From Pelagomonas calceolata (taxonomy: Eukaryota), in assembly GCA_918797485.1 (NCBI GenBank), contig CAKKNE010000005.1, positions 3,596,001-3,660,000 on the forward strand: a DNA stretch of 64,000 nucleotides. The letters are read 5' to 3'. A program made the position numbers and the translations under genes. The notes beneath the pieces were generated by a model. That model saw nothing but the letters and a program-made list of their open reading frames with translations. It was not told the origin of the DNA and made no database searches. Of the stretch, positions 39,983-48,917 are shown piece by piece (the first letter of the stretch is position 1; every line of letters begins with the position of its first letter).

Positions 39983-42070
39983 CTAGTACATCGGCGCGAC
40001 GTTGAAGTCCATGCCCGCGGCGATCATCTCGATGGACTCGACGAGGTCGCCGGGGTCGCGCGTCCGCTCGTAGGCCTTGACGCAGGCCGACAGCCGCGGG
40101 TCGCCGACGAGCGCCAGCTTCTTGATGGCCTTCTTGTGCTTGGCGAGCTGCGGCGCCACTCTGGCAATTTTGGGGTCGTTGGAGTTGCTCTCGAGGCCCT
40201 TGACGAAGACCAGTAAACTAGCTCTGTCCTCGGGCGACATGGGCGTGCCAAATCCAATACCCGCGAAGCCCAACGAGGCGGAGTCTATCGAGGACGCGAT
40301 CGAGGCCGTGTCCGGACCGCCGCCTCTTTGCCCAAAACCAGTAGAGCCTCTTGTGGAGGTTCTGCCAGGGCCATATTGAATAGTAGTGGTCATGGGGCCG
40401 TCGTTGCCGCCCATCGCAGGACCACCGGCCATCTGCTGCCGTTGCTCCGGAGGGATCAATTTCATCAAGTTGGCCGGGTTCTCCGCCGCGGCCCTATCAA
40501 TATAAGCTATATTCGCGAACTCCTCGACCAAGTCCGGCAGGCCGTGGGCCACGCGATCCGCGGCGATCGCTTGGAGCTGGACGCTTTCGCGCATCTGCTC
40601 GACCTTGGTCATCAACGCCACTATTCTTGTAGCCACGTTCTCGCACCGCTCCTTGAGACCCGACGTCTCCCGCTGGAACTGCTCCATCTTGAGCTGCCCC
40701 GCACTGTTTTTATCTTTCACGGCCACCATCAACCACCTCCGGAAGCCGTAGTTGAGCTGCGAATTCGCCAAACGTCTGATAACAGTAGACATGCGCTGCT
40801 TGGCCGTTTTTTGCCCGTGCACCTTGGCCTTCCAGGCCTTCATGCCCTGCCTTATATGGAGCTGGCAGAACTTCGTCAGGACTCTCTTGAGCAAAGCGAC
40901 CTGCGACGCACTCGCGCCGGCGATCATGGCTTGCGCCATGCGGTCCGCGATCGCTTCCACCTCCTTCTCGACCTTCTCCTTCCAGGCCCGAGCCTTCGCG
41001 AGTTCCTCCTGCAAGGCCTTGATCTGATCATCCAACGACATCTTGCCGACCGTGAAGGTGCAGAAGTACCACTTGCCCCACGCGGAATTGGTCTTGGCCG
41101 ACATCAGTCGCCCCAGCACGCGCTTCATCAACACAAACTTCGACCGAAAGTCGATCATCATGCCCTTCCACTTGCTGTAGTACTCCCTCGTCTTGTCTCC
41201 GGTCATTTTGCTGAAGATGTTCAGGATGAGCTGGTACTGCGCCTCGGACGTGTTCTTGAGCCGCCCTTCGAGCATGGCCTTCTGTCTTTCTTCATTCGCG
41301 ATCTCATCAGCTTTAATCTGGGCGTAGAAGGCCTCGATCTCGGCCTTTCTACGCGCAATTTCAGCTTGTTTGGCCAAGCGATCCTTCTTGACGGTGTTGA
41401 GCTCCCAGGTCTGGAAGCCCGTAAACAACTTAATTCTCCCGAGTCGCAGAATAACGCGCAGCAATTTCTTGCGGTCCATGTTGTGCTCCAAGAATATAAT
41501 TTCAGCAGCTAATCTTTGTTTTTCTACATTGGTAGCGTCACAAACAGCAGCTAACTGCTCGACCCAGGCCTCGTGGTCTTTCCTTTGCTTCATTACTTTC
41601 TCCCGAGCTTTCGCTCTTTTGGTCGCCGCCGGGTTCTTGCTCGTAGTAATATGAGCGGCTTTCTGCGCAGCTTTGGCAGCTTTAGCAACGTCGTGCATGG
41701 AGCCCATCTTGCCGCCCTTGCGCATCATGTCCTTCAAGCGGCTCTTCTGGTCGGCCATCGACCATTTCCCCTCGAAGCCTTCCGGGTTATCTACGTCGCG
41801 CCTCCGCGCGTCGCGCGCACTTCCATCGGTCTTCGAGAACTCGTCCTCGCCCCCGATAGAACCGAGGCCGGCCTTCTTCTGCCAGTCCTCGAAGGTCAGC
41901 GAGGCGCTTCCGCTTTCGCCGCTCCCGGCGGTGCCCGGTCTTGAATACCCACTCTCGCTATCGGAGTCCGGCGGGCCGTAGGCGCCGCCAAAACTATCGG
42001 AAGGCGTGCCCGGCTTCTGGCGGATGTCGGGGAAGCCCTCGTCGTCGTCGTCGTAGCGCCGGCGCGGCAT
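39983..42070 (-). CDS. Coiled-coil protein with Sfi1-like Trp repeats (possible centrin-binding protein)
   Basis: Recurrent L..(G/A)F/W..W units: GFQTWE, YYSKWK, AWGKWY, GMKAWK, GFRRWL. Confidence 0.6.
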   Translation of the reverse strand: MPRRRYDDDDEGFPDIRQKPGTPSDSFGGAYGPPDSDSESGYSRPGTAGSGESGSASLTFEDWQKKAGLGSIGGEDEFSKTDGSARDARRRDVDNPEGFEGKWSMADQKSRLKDMMRKGGKMGSMHDVAKAAKAAQKAAHITTSKNPAATKRAKAREKVMKQRKDHEAWVEQLAAVCDATNVEKQRLAAEIIFLEHNMDRKKLLRVILRLGRIKLFTGFQTWELNTVKKDRLAKQAEIARRKAEIEAFYAQIKADEIANEERQKAMLEGRLKNTSEAQYQLILNIFSKMTGDKTREYYSKWKGMMIDFRSKFVLMKRVLGRLMSAKTNSAWGKWYFCTFTVGKMSLDDQIKALQEELAKARAWKEKVEKEVEAIADRMAQAMIAGASASQVALLKRVLTKFCQLHIRQGMKAWKAKVHGQKTAKQRMSTVIRRLANSQLNYGFRRWLMVAVKDKNSAGQLKMEQFQRETSGLKERCENVATRIVALMTKVEQMRESVQLQAIAADRVAHGLPDLVEEFANIAYIDRAAAENPANLMKLIPPEQRQQMAGGPAMGGNDGPMTTTIQYGPGRTSTRGSTGFGQRGGGPDTASIASSIDSASLGFAGIGFGTPMSPEDRASLLVFVKGLESNSNDPKIARVAPQLAKHKKAIKKLALVGDPRLSACVKAYERTRDPGDLVESIEMIAAGMDFNVAPMY

Positions 42071-42438
42071 GGCGTCTCTCCCTTGCCGCTCTCAGTGGCG
42101 GTAACGCTTTGGTTGCGTACAAGGGCAGCCTCCGGCGGGGGGTGCGACCTCGGTAGGCTGCCTCGTGCCTGTCCTTGCGCCGCTGCAGCTTGCCTGGGCT
42201 CCCGCAGGGCAAATTAAGCGCCGCTCTCAGGGCCGCCGCTAATTCTACAAGCTACATATCCTACATGCCCTTTTCCGGAATCGCGGCGTTTGGGGCCCTC
42301 TCGCGGTCCCTAGGCTCGCGCGGAGCGCTCCCGGGCACGCCTGGCGAGCCGATACAAAAAAATCAAAAAAGTACCTGTCCCCGACAGGACACCTTCGGCG
42401 CGGGACGGCGGGAGTCATATATCCACGAATACTTAAAC

Positions 42439-43116
42439 CTAAGGTACGGCGTCCGCCTTGAGCTGCTCGACGTACTCGTCGAGCAGCAAGGGCCACGCGC
42501 CGTCCTCCTCGTAGCCCTCGAAGCCTGGAGCGGCCCCTACTTTCACACTGAACTCGAGGAACGAGCACCACTGGTCCAACGTGACGCGTGTTGTGGAGGA
42601 CGCCTCGAGGAACTTGAGGAATGTCTCTTCGTGGCACGATCGGCCGCAAATCGCGATCGGTAACAGATCAGCCACGAGATCTTTTTCGATCGTTCTATGA
42701 GTACCCTCTCGGGAAAACAAAAAGGTGAACTTGAAGAAGTCCCGGAATTGTTTTTGCTCGAGGTTCGTCGGGTCGCACGAGTCCCCGAGCACGAATTTTT
42801 TGAGCTTGTCCAATGAATCCAATCGCAGGCGGCACATGCCCTCGTTCCACTCCTCCCGTAAGATCATGGACGGTTTTTTGGCCCCAACCCGCCAGCAGAA
42901 GCAGAGCAACCGGACGTCGGTCTCGGGATCAATCCCGACCGCCTCACACAAACCACAGAGCCCCTCCATGCCCAAACAGTCCTCCTCTTCCGCATACGTC
43001 TCGAACATCTTGATAATTTTCTCGGGCTCGACGGCCGGCGGCTCCGGCGGCCGCCGCTCGCTCCGACTTCCGCTCCGCAGCCGCCGCGCCGCCGCCGCGC
43101 GCAGCTGCGCCGCCAT
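42439..43116 (-). CDS. DCN1-like cullin neddylation protein (PONY domain)
   Basis: GMEGL..LC..GIDP..FRDFFKFTFLF..TLDQW..FLEFS..YEEDGAWPLLLDEYVE. Confidence 0.92.
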   Translation of the reverse strand: MAAQLRAAAARRLRSGSRSERRPPEPPAVEPEKIIKMFETYAEEEDCLGMEGLCGLCEAVGIDPETDVRLLCFCWRVGAKKPSMILREEWNEGMCRLRLDSLDKLKKFVLGDSCDPTNLEQKQFRDFFKFTFLFSREGTHRTIEKDLVADLLPIAICGRSCHEETFLKFLEASSTTRVTLDQWCSFLEFSVKVGAAPGFEGYEEDGAWPLLLDEYVEQLKADAVP

Positions 43117-43360
43117 CTTGATGGGGCTGGAGATGGTGGCTGCGCGGCGCCGCGCCGGCGCCGCGAGGGGTTCTGTGCTTATTACTGCGGTCGCGCCGCG
43201 AATTCAGTGAGCACCACCCTGGCTCTGGTGCAGGGCGCCGCGCCGTATAAATGCGCAGCGCTGATCGATTATCGATTGATCGATCGAAAACGTATCCGCG
43301 TTGCTCGACGGGCAAGAGCGGCCGCGTCTAGGCACGCGTTTTTTGGCAGACTGCCGGCTG

Positions 43361-43383
43361 GCTAGTGTCTTACGGCCGCTAGC
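43361..43383 (+). promoter_or_regulatory. Bipartite CTAG promoter-associated motif
   Basis: GCTAGTGTCTTACGGCCGCTAGC ~245 bp upstream of the DCN1-like start. Confidence 0.65.
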
Positions 43384-43547
43384 TTGCGGTTCCCGCGATA
43401 CCTCTCTCGCACCGTACCGAAACGACCACACAGAGTCGGGAGATGCTGTTCTGGAAAGACGCGGCCCGCTCCCGCCTCCGATGAATCCGCGACGCGCAAG
43501 CGCGGGGCACCGTTAAAAAGGCAACGACGAGTACAATGCAAAGGAAA

Positions 43548-46500
43548 TTAAAAAGCCACCGTGTGCACCTCGACGCGCCGGTTCAGGTGCTTCAGGGGCC
43601 CCTCCGTGTCGTCGACGAGGCGCCTCGAGCCAGCAAGGCCCGCGGCGTGGACCCTTTCACTCGAAACACCAGCTTCTTCCAAGTAGCGCGCGACGGCCTC
43701 GGCCCGTCGCCGAGAGAACGCCGACGCGCCACCACTCCCCCCAAAGTCCTTGGCACACCGGTTGTTCGCGCACACATAACTACCATCGCACTGTAGGCCA
43801 CATTTGGAATTGGTGTGGCCCTCGAGGCGAATGGCTATGGAAGGATGCTTTTTCAGAACGGAAGCGAGCTGATCTAACAACGTGAAGGAGGCGTCGACGA
43901 TCACGTCGCGGTTCCCCTCGAAGTGCACCGGACCTGAAAGCCAGAGCCGATGCGCCGCCGCGTCCACCGCCACACAACACGCCGCTTTGGTGGGGTCGGC
44001 CTCGCCTTCATACAATCCTGCTTGAACGCCACCGAAGCGCGCCGCTAAAGGTGCGAGTGCACATTTCTTGCACACCACCACGTTATCGTCGGTGTAATCA
44101 TCAGAATCATTCGCGTCTAGGCCACACACGATGCACCTCTTACCAGACGTAGCATGGCCCCTCAAACACAATTCGAAAGCGTGCGCTTCGTGTAGAATGT
44201 AGCGCGGCGGCTCGCGCGAGAAGGCCATCGAGGCCACATCGGAAGGCGCGTTGCCCGTCTTTGTGGCATAGGCGAGCACGACCCGTTCTTCGTCGTCGTC
44301 GACGTCTAGCGAGAGAGTGGCCGTGTTTGAATCGACGGCGTGTTTCGTGTGCCAGTGTTTGCCACCATCTAGCGACACATGGAGTGTGGCACCGGGAGTG
44401 GGGCAAGTCGCATCGACCCGCAAAGCCCACGGATTGGAAGCCGTATTCAGGATCATCGGCTGCTCGCAGGCGTTTCTTAACAACTCGGCCTTCTTGCGGA
44501 TCCGTTCCGCTTCTCTCGCTTGCACCCTTCTTCGTCTAGCCGCGTCATCATCGTTGTTCGCGAGCCGGTCCCTTGCTTCCCGCGCTTCCCTTAATGTTCT
44601 TGCAATAAGATCGTTGTAGTTCTGGGATAGAGAAGAAACAGTACCCTCGGAGATCTCGACGTAGGACGGACTTTCCTGCTTCGGCGGTGAAACCGGGCCA
44701 GGAGACGTAAATACGGAAGCCCCATCCAACCTAGCTGCCCTACGACGAGTAGGCCGCCTCCTCTCATCGTAGGCCGCGCGAATGGACTGCACCTCTAATT
44801 GTTGCGACCGCTGCCTGAGTAACTGACTAGGGCCGTCCGTCGCGACGTTTCGTAATTCACTTTTGGCGTCGATCAGAGGCGCGGCCGTCTTCTCCATCGA
44901 CGCTACCAGAGACTCGCGGCGCCACTTTACGCCCAGTCCCGTGTCCTCTATTGTACTTTTCTGGACCTGGGACGCCTCCCGGAGCATCGCCATGCGGGAT
45001 TTGATGTTTGGCGTCGCCTTGACTTCACTGATCGATTCCTTCTCCACGTGATTCGGGGTCGCGTCCTGCTGTAGAGAAGCGATTTTGGCCGAGATGGCGT
45101 CGCTCGGCTTTATCGAGGAGGACCGCCGCTTGGGCGTAATTAACTCGGAAGATTTTTGGGGCGGCGTCGACCAGCGGCGCCGTCGTTGGGGCGTGTCGCC
45201 GGCCTCGGAGAAGGACGGTGTAGTAGAGGGGTTCCAGCGATTCTGGGCCCACTTGCGCGCGCCGGAGGGCGGCGACGTCGTTTCCTCCGCAGGTGTGTCC
45301 GCGGGTGTGTCGGCCGTGGTAGGATTCCACCGGCGCTGGGCCCACTGCCGCGCGCCGGACGGCGGCGTCACCGGCGCGTTCTGCTTTGTGGGAGACGCGG
45401 GGTTCCAGCGCTTCTTAGCCCAGTCGCGGCGGGGCGATACCGAAGGCGCCGCGACGATGCGCGCCGCTTCGCTCGCGTCGGGCGCCTCGGCCTCGACGTC
45501 CCTAGATGGAGAGTCCGTGACGGGCGTCGGCGGCAGCTCGGGCGCGCCCACGGGCTCCGTCGGCGAGGCGGGCGTTTTCTGTTGAGACGCCTCGTACTTC
45601 GAGATCTGGGCTCTCAAAAAGGTCTTCGCCGCGGCGTGCTGGTCCTCCACTACGCCGGTGCCCGGCGGCAGCGCGTCGCCTACCAGAGCGGTGGTGCCGC
45701 GGCCGACGACCCACGCCGTCGGCTTCGGCGACAGCGGTGCTCGCTTCCGCGCCTTCGGCGCCGCCGGCGACTGGAATAACCCGCGGCCAGGCGGCAGCGC
45801 GTCGCCGACGCGCGCGGCGCTGCCCGCGCCGACGACCCATGCTGTTGGTTTTGGTGATGGCGGCGCCGGCGGCGCCGCGACCCGCACGCCGGTCCCGGGG
45901 GGCACCGCTTTACAAACGTAGGCCGGGGCGCCGTCGCCGACGGTCCAGGCGGTGGGCCGCGGCTGCGGTTTCGGCGGTCGAACGGCGTCGGCGACGGCGA
46001 GCGAGCGGCTCTCGAGCGGCTCCGCCGGCGGTCGCCGCACTGCCGCGGGGATATGCAGCAGCATGGACGTCGCCGACTGCTCCAGCGTCGGCCCCATGTC
46101 CGAGACTCGCACGACGGCTGGCGGCGCCTCCGGGCCCGCGGGCAGGTGGAAGAGCGTCGCCGTCGCGGTCTGGGCCAGCCGCGCCCGTGGCACGGCGGCC
46201 GCGGGCGAGTAGAGCGTCGCCGCGTCCTCGCCCGCCGCGCCGACCGCCGGAAGCTCCGCGGGCTGCAGCGGCTCGGAGCGGCGCCGGGGGCTCTGGTACG
46301 TCAGGGCGCCGCCGCCCGTGACCCAGGCCGTCGGCCGCGGCAGGGGCGCCGTGGGCGAGTAGAGGGCGTCCGCGTCCTCGCCGGCGTCGCCGACGGCCGG
46401 GAGCGCCGCGGCGTTCAGCTCGAAGCGGCGCGGCACCGGCCGCGCGTAGGTCATGTGGCCATCACCCGTGACCCAGGCCGTCGGCCGCGGCTGCGGTATC

Positions 46501-47126
46501 ACCACGGGCGTGCGGCGCGCCACCGGCCGACGCGGCGGCGTCGGCGGGTTCGGCAGCGCCCGTTCTAGAATTGCCGCGGGCGACGCTATCGGCGCCACGG
46601 CGGCGAAGGGCGAGGCCGGCCTTTTCAAAGGCATGGTCTCTAGCCGTTTCACAGGCGACATGGCGGCGAGGACGGCCTCTTCGCCGGAGTCCACGGGCTC
46701 GGCCGTCGCCGACGAGGCCTCGGACGCCGTCGACTCGTCGTCCTCGTCATTGTCGAGGGCTTTCGCCAGCGCCGAGCTGCGCATCGAGAGCTGGACGTCC
46801 AGCGCGGCCTTGGGCGCGTGCCGCATTAATAATGGAGGCGTGTCGTGGCGGCTGGGCGGCGAGTCGTCCTCGTAGCCGTCGACCGGCGGCGGCGGTGGCC
46901 TCGGCGCTTCGGTTTGGGGCGGCGCGCGCGTCGGCTTGAAGTACGCGCCGAGCCCACCGAGCCACGAGCGCGCCGGGGGCTCTTCCTTCGTTTCTTCGCG
47001 GAAGAACTCGACTACCGGCGAGTCGTCGGCGAGGCTGTCGCCCAGCGACCCCGTCTCCGAGAAAGGCAGGCTGTCGCGGCGTGGACCACCCGTTGATGGC
47101 GTCACGCAGGGGGGCGGACCGCCCAT
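43548..47126 (-). CDS. Large Pro/Ser-rich protein with C-terminal OmpA-like domain
   Basis: VHFE..LLDQLASVLKKHP..IRLEGHTN..SRRRAEAVARYL..GV..NRRVE; internal PTAWxxG and WAxxRWNP repeats. Confidence 0.8.
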   Translation of the reverse strand: MGGPPPCVTPSTGGPRRDSLPFSETGSLGDSLADDSPVVEFFREETKEEPPARSWLGGLGAYFKPTRAPPQTEAPRPPPPPVDGYEDDSPPSRHDTPPLLMRHAPKAALDVQLSMRSSALAKALDNDEDDESTASEASSATAEPVDSGEEAVLAAMSPVKRLETMPLKRPASPFAAVAPIASPAAILERALPNPPTPPRRPVARRTPVVIPQPRPTAWVTGDGHMTYARPVPRRFELNAAALPAVGDAGEDADALYSPTAPLPRPTAWVTGGGALTYQSPRRRSEPLQPAELPAVGAAGEDAATLYSPAAAVPRARLAQTATATLFHLPAGPEAPPAVVRVSDMGPTLEQSATSMLLHIPAAVRRPPAEPLESRSLAVADAVRPPKPQPRPTAWTVGDGAPAYVCKAVPPGTGVRVAAPPAPPSPKPTAWVVGAGSAARVGDALPPGRGLFQSPAAPKARKRAPLSPKPTAWVVGRGTTALVGDALPPGTGVVEDQHAAAKTFLRAQISKYEASQQKTPASPTEPVGAPELPPTPVTDSPSRDVEAEAPDASEAARIVAAPSVSPRRDWAKKRWNPASPTKQNAPVTPPSGARQWAQRRWNPTTADTPADTPAEETTSPPSGARKWAQNRWNPSTTPSFSEAGDTPQRRRRWSTPPQKSSELITPKRRSSSIKPSDAISAKIASLQQDATPNHVEKESISEVKATPNIKSRMAMLREASQVQKSTIEDTGLGVKWRRESLVASMEKTAAPLIDAKSELRNVATDGPSQLLRQRSQQLEVQSIRAAYDERRRPTRRRAARLDGASVFTSPGPVSPPKQESPSYVEISEGTVSSLSQNYNDLIARTLREAREARDRLANNDDDAARRRRVQAREAERIRKKAELLRNACEQPMILNTASNPWALRVDATCPTPGATLHVSLDGGKHWHTKHAVDSNTATLSLDVDDDEERVVLAYATKTGNAPSDVASMAFSREPPRYILHEAHAFELCLRGHATSGKRCIVCGLDANDSDDYTDDNVVVCKKCALAPLAARFGGVQAGLYEGEADPTKAACCVAVDAAAHRLWLSGPVHFEGNRDVIVDASFTLLDQLASVLKKHPSIAIRLEGHTNSKCGLQCDGSYVCANNRCAKDFGGSGGASAFSRRRAEAVARYLEEAGVSSERVHAAGLAGSRRLVDDTEGPLKHLNRRVEVHTVAF

Positions 47127-47424
47127 TGTGTGCCTGGTGTGGTGTGCTTTTGTCGTGGGCTGTGTCTCGTCCAAGGGCAGCCCGAGGCGGAACCTATTGA
47201 TGATTCTGCGTCGGTGGCTCTACTGATGTTTCTGCCTCATCGTAAAGAAGCGGCGGGCAGCCGAGACATCACACGTTTTTGCGGGCAGCGCCAAGACACC
47301 GAGACACCCGATTATTTTGCTGTGCCGCTAGAAATTCAGAAATTTACCAGTCCGCAAGGCGTTTGAACAGGGTTATAGATGTAAAGCATTGATGAGTGGC
47401 CGCTGGTCAGTTTCCTGCTTGATT

Positions 47425-47448
47425 GCTAGTGTCTTACAGGCCGCTAGC
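47425..47448 (+). promoter_or_regulatory. Bipartite CTAG promoter-associated motif
   Basis: GCTAGTGTCTTACAGGCCGCTAGC between divergent starts. Confidence 0.65.
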
Positions 47449-47627
47449 CCCAGTTTTTCTCGGCAGCACTGCAAGCCGCAACCGCATCAAACAGCTGTGC
47501 AAAGCACATCTAAGGAACGCCAGACAGTGGTACTTGCTGTGCCGGTCCAACTCCTGCAACCGTACATCGGTGCGCGCACGTAGTCGACCAGTGCAGCCTG
47601 CTGCACACATTGTGAGGCGCAAAAACA

Positions 47628-48906
47628 ATGCGACGAGCCCTCACGACCATAGCCCTCGGCGCACGCTACGCGTCGTCGCTGTCGACGAGCAAGCGTAAAA
47701 TCCTCGTGTTGCACGGCAAGGGCGGATCGGGCGCGTCGATGAAGCTGCGCTTCCAAGCCATCGAGAACGCGCTGCCCGAATTTGATTTTACGTACGCCAC
47801 CGCACCGCATGAGTTGGACGGAGGAGGCTACCAGTGGTGGACGCTGCCGCCGGGCGTGCGCTCCTACCAGGCCACGGAGTACGGCGGCGTCGACGCGGCG
47901 CTCGACGTCGTGCGCTCCTCGCAAGCCGACGTCGTGTGGGGTCACTCGCAGGGCGCGATCCTCCTGGGCTTCGCTGCGGCCACTGAAGCCATCGACTGGC
48001 TCGGCGGCGCCAAGCTCATCCTGAACGGCGCGTCCTGGCCGAAACCATATGAGGCCGAGCTCGAGCGCGGCTGCCGCGGGGACACGCTGCACGTCCTCGG
48101 CGCGACGGACGACATCAACCCGCCCGAGCAGGCGCGGCGCCTGGCGGCTTGTTTTGACAATGCGCGCGTCCACGTCCACCCGGGCGGCCACTACGTCCCT
48201 ACGGACGAGGCCGCCATCGAGTGCTATCGGGACTTCCTCCTGTCTGGCGCCGCGTCCGACTGTCCATTGCCCATGTCGACCGATGCACCTCAGGTCATGA
48301 TCGAGCGGACCCTGAACTCGTTGGCCGGTGACGACGTCGACGCGGCGCTCCGACGGATATGGGACCTAGCGGGGGACACGTTCAAGTACTACTACCGTTT
48401 TGACACCCTGGACGAGTTCATCAAGGACGCGAAACAGACGAGTGACGAATTCGCAACCAGTTTCTACGGCATGGCGATCACGGGCAAGCGCTGGACGGTC
48501 CTGCGACCTTTTACAGTGGCCGGCGGCTGTGTGGAAATCAACCAGTGCGTCGGGTGCACCGGACAATTCTTCACTAAGTCATTTCTCGGTGATGACGCGG
48601 CCGTGCTGGCTCCGTCGAGCGGCGAGGAACCGGCATCGCCACGCCATCGAGCTGGCGTCGCGTCGATGGCGTGGAGGACGACGCGACGATTCAGCACGAA
48701 CGCACCGTAAAATTTTGATTTCCACACAGGCGGGCGGGCCCGACGGCTGGATCGGGACCTGTGTCGTCGAGACCGTGGCGCGCGACGACCGGAAACGCAA
48801 ATGGATATGGGAGCTGCGCAAGAGGAGGCGTCCACCACGCATGGGCGAGTGGTACATCGAGTCCATCGGCAGTAGTGACGCCGACGGCACGTTCGACGTA
48901 GCTTAA
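47628..48906 (+). CDS. FSH1/OVCA2-type serine hydrolase fused to an uncharacterised C-terminal domain; join(47628..48518,48730..48906)
   Basis: ILVLHG, GHSQGA nucleophile elbow, LHVLGATD, HPGGH. Intron removal gives in-frame ..PFTV|AGGPDGW..WYIESI.. Confidence 0.85.
48527..48729 (+). mobile_element. Introner element copy 2 (creates GC-AG intron 48519-48729)
   Basis: TIR CTGTGTGGAAATCAA..TTGATTTCCACACAG; TSD GCCGGCGG/GCGGGCGG. Confidence 0.92.
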
Positions 48907-48917
48907 ACAATGTATTG

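Noticed and set aside
48519..48710. C-terminal peptide GCVEINQCVGCTGQFFTKSFLG (and CVEINRCVGC at 19218) as a shared protein domain
   Set aside because: It is read-through translation of the introner element, not exon sequence
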